The translations under genes and the position numbers were made by a program. 51,037 nt of DNA from the NCBI GenBank assembly GCA_002401545.1, contig NVTJ01000002.1, positions 1 to 51,037 of the forward strand. The letters are read 5' to 3'. The notes under the pieces were generated by a model. It worked only from the letters and a program-made list of their open reading frames with translations, made no database searches and was not told where the DNA came from. This document shows, piece after piece, positions 49,334 to 51,037 of the stretch. Source of the stretch: Alphaproteobacteria bacterium. GTDB taxonomy: Bacteria > Pseudomonadota > Alphaproteobacteria > Sphingomonadales > Emcibacteraceae. Position 1 is the first letter of the stretch; the number at the start of each line of letters is the position of its first letter.

Positions 49334-50189
49334 CCTGCAATCATTTTGTGAGGTTCGCCACCCCGCCGATGCCGTGGTCCCTATCCTGATCAGGCCGGTC
49401 CGGGATGCCGTCCATGAATGGATGACGGAAATTAACATGCGCACCGCACTTGAATCAGTGAATATTGAACCCCGCAACACGGCCCTGCTCTATGGTCCAC
49501 CTGGATGCGGCAAGACCACCCTTGCCCACCATTTCGCTGCCCGTCTCGGCATGTCATTGATTTCGGTAAAGATGGACAGCATCGTCAGTAGCTATGTCGG
49601 CAAAACAGAAAACCATATTGGTGAGCTTTTTAGCACAATCAAAAACGCTGAGGTTCCTGCGGTCTTATTCCTTGACGAATTTGACGCCATCGCAACGTCC
49701 CGCACATCAGATGGCAGTAGTGCCGGAAAAGGAAAAGACGCTGTTGTCAATGCCCTTCTGGTGCGGATTGAGGAACATAAAGGCATCTGCATCGCCGCCA
49801 CCAACCGGGGCGATGCCATCGATCCGGCTTTATGGCGGCGGTTTGGGCTTCATCTGGATATTGGATTGCCGGGACAGGAAGAACGCTTTGCCATCCTGAA
49901 TAAATATCTCTTTCCCTATGCACTCCCCGAAAAAGACATTGATACCCTGGCGGAAGAAATGGCCGGTGCTTCCCCTGCTCTGATTAAACAGGTGATGGAA
50001 GGCATCAAACGATCTTTAATTTTAAACCCCTGTCTTAATCGGCCCATTGATGCGAACACAATCCTCGGGCAGGTTCTGGCGTCCGTCAAACCCCACGCGG
50101 CATATGCCACCCCGCCCTTATGGGAGTCGTTAACGGATATCCTGCCTGCCATTTCATGGCCCCCACAACCCTGCCCCAAAGCCGCCTGA
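49305..50189 (+). CDS. AAA+ ATPase
   Basis: GPPGCGKT, FLDEFD, AATN....DPALWRRF. Confidence 0.92.
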   Translation: MTAKFQLPRNLQSFCEVRHPADAVVPILIRPVRDAVHEWMTEINMRTALESVNIEPRNTALLYGPPGCGKTTLAHHFAARLGMSLISVKMDSIVSSYVGKTENHIGELFSTIKNAEVPAVLFLDEFDAIATSRTSDGSSAGKGKDAVVNALLVRIEEHKGICIAATNRGDAIDPALWRRFGLHLDIGLPGQEERFAILNKYLFPYALPEKDIDTLAEEMAGASPALIKQVMEGIKRSLILNPCLNRPIDANTILGQVLASVKPHAAYATPPLWESLTDILPAISWPPQPCPKAA

Positions 50190-50215
50190 AACCATCCCAA
50201 CGAGAGGAAAACAAA

Positions 50216-50899
50216 ATGCCGGAAAAAACATCACTCATCGAAAAAGCCGTTGCTATGGACAGCACCATCGGACAGCGATATCATCCGCCACAACAATCAA
50301 AAAAATCCCCGACAACTCCCACATTTTCCGGTCGTGACCATTATCTTCTGACACCGCTCCCCCGTGACATCAACTGGCGTGACATTGCCGCACATCTGGC
50401 AAAAATCAACCGTTATACTGGGGCCACACCTCTGCCCTATTCTGTGGCCCAGCACTGCGTGATCATGTGTGACCTGTCATTACCGGAACTCAAACCCTAT
50501 GCCCTGCTTCATGATGCTCATGAGGCCTATATCAATGATCTGTCCGCGCCCTTTAAAGCGGCGCTCCAATTGATATGTCCCCAGGCCATCAAGGCCATAA
50601 AACACATCGAATACCTGCAGGACACGGCCATTTATGCCGCCGCGAACCTGACCTATCCTGTGCCGGATTATATCAAACGGCGGATTAAAGAACTGGACCT
50701 TGCCATGGCCAGCGCGGAAATAGAACAATTATTATGCCGCCCGGCCCGCGACAACGTCCCCGCCGCCAAAACCATCATCCGCGTGAAATCATGGGGTGAT
50801 GCCGAAGATCAGTTCATGGCCCGCCTTGAACAATGGGTATTCCCCCACATTCGCATCAATGACCACAACAAGACACCACCCGAAGCCCCAAAAGGCTGA
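50216..50899 (+). CDS. HD-domain phosphohydrolase (YfbR/YfdR-like)
   Basis: DIAAHLAKINRY, YSVAQH, ALLHDAHEAY..D; start at MPEKT after GAGGA. Confidence 0.85.
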   Translation: MPEKTSLIEKAVAMDSTIGQRYHPPQQSKKSPTTPTFSGRDHYLLTPLPRDINWRDIAAHLAKINRYTGATPLPYSVAQHCVIMCDLSLPELKPYALLHDAHEAYINDLSAPFKAALQLICPQAIKAIKHIEYLQDTAIYAAANLTYPVPDYIKRRIKELDLAMASAEIEQLLCRPARDNVPAAKTIIRVKSWGDAEDQFMARLEQWVFPHIRINDHNKTPPEAPKG

Positions 50900-50981
50900 G
50901 GCAAGGCCAAGCGGCCGCCCGAGTTAATACGAGGAGGGGGAGCGTGCCCAGAGACTTAGCGACGCGGGGGAGTTATCCCCC
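50880..50981 (+). repeat. Structured dispersed element, type A copy 6
   Basis: CCGAA-GCCccaaaaGGC-TGAGG caa GGCCaagcGGCC gc CCGA-GTtaatAC-GAGG ... GGGGGAgttaTCCCCC. Confidence 0.9.
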
Positions 50982-51037
50982 ATCAAAAAGAAAGAAATAA
51001 AATGACCCAGATCACCACAGAAAATCTGTCCACTCAG

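Larger units (their letters stand above)
11437..51037. mobile_element. Lambda-like temperate siphoprophage, continues beyond the right edge
   Basis: Ordered fibre, lysis, tail, head, packaging, replication, immunity and early modules bounded by tRNA-derived att. Confidence 0.95.

Noticed and set aside
50216-50899. HD protein as DatZ of a Z-base genome
   Set aside because: No PurZ or MazZ gene in the window; such HD proteins are common in temperate phages
22757-50981. Dispersed repeats as a CRISPR array or intrinsic terminators
   Set aside because: Not tandem, no spacers or cas genes; terminal hairpin is followed by A-rich rather than T-rich sequence

Overview
Alphaproteobacterial chromosome segment. 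1-11.4 kb is host DNA: part of an exosortase-A/PEP-CTERM-associated cluster (acyl-CoA ligase, DegT aminotransferase, GNAT, ACP, hydrolase), gnd, ialB-like, rlmN, nsrR-like, a PAS histidine kinase and a DUF2336 gene. A duplicated tRNA 3' end at 11437-11455 marks the boundary of a lambda-like (cos, gpA terminase) siphoprophage that runs off the right edge. From left to right it carries a moron, an accessory fibre module, lysis, tail, head, packaging, replication, immunity and early-left genes; the integrase is not in the window. Most striking feature: nine dispersed copies of a modular multi-hairpin element with compensatory base changes and tandem G.A mismatches, seen only in the prophage, several of them translated in-frame or supplying stop codons. 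Other highlights: a complete c4-antisense-RNA/antirepressor switch inside the late operon, a WYL-TerB-BRCT fusion next to the repressor, a probable beads-on-a-string fibre module, a hicAB cassette inserted in-frame on the antisense strand, a suhB/MmgR-like sRNA candidate, a GapR-RMF-like fusion and a frameshifted tape-measure gene. All family assignments are from visual motif recognition; no searches were run.
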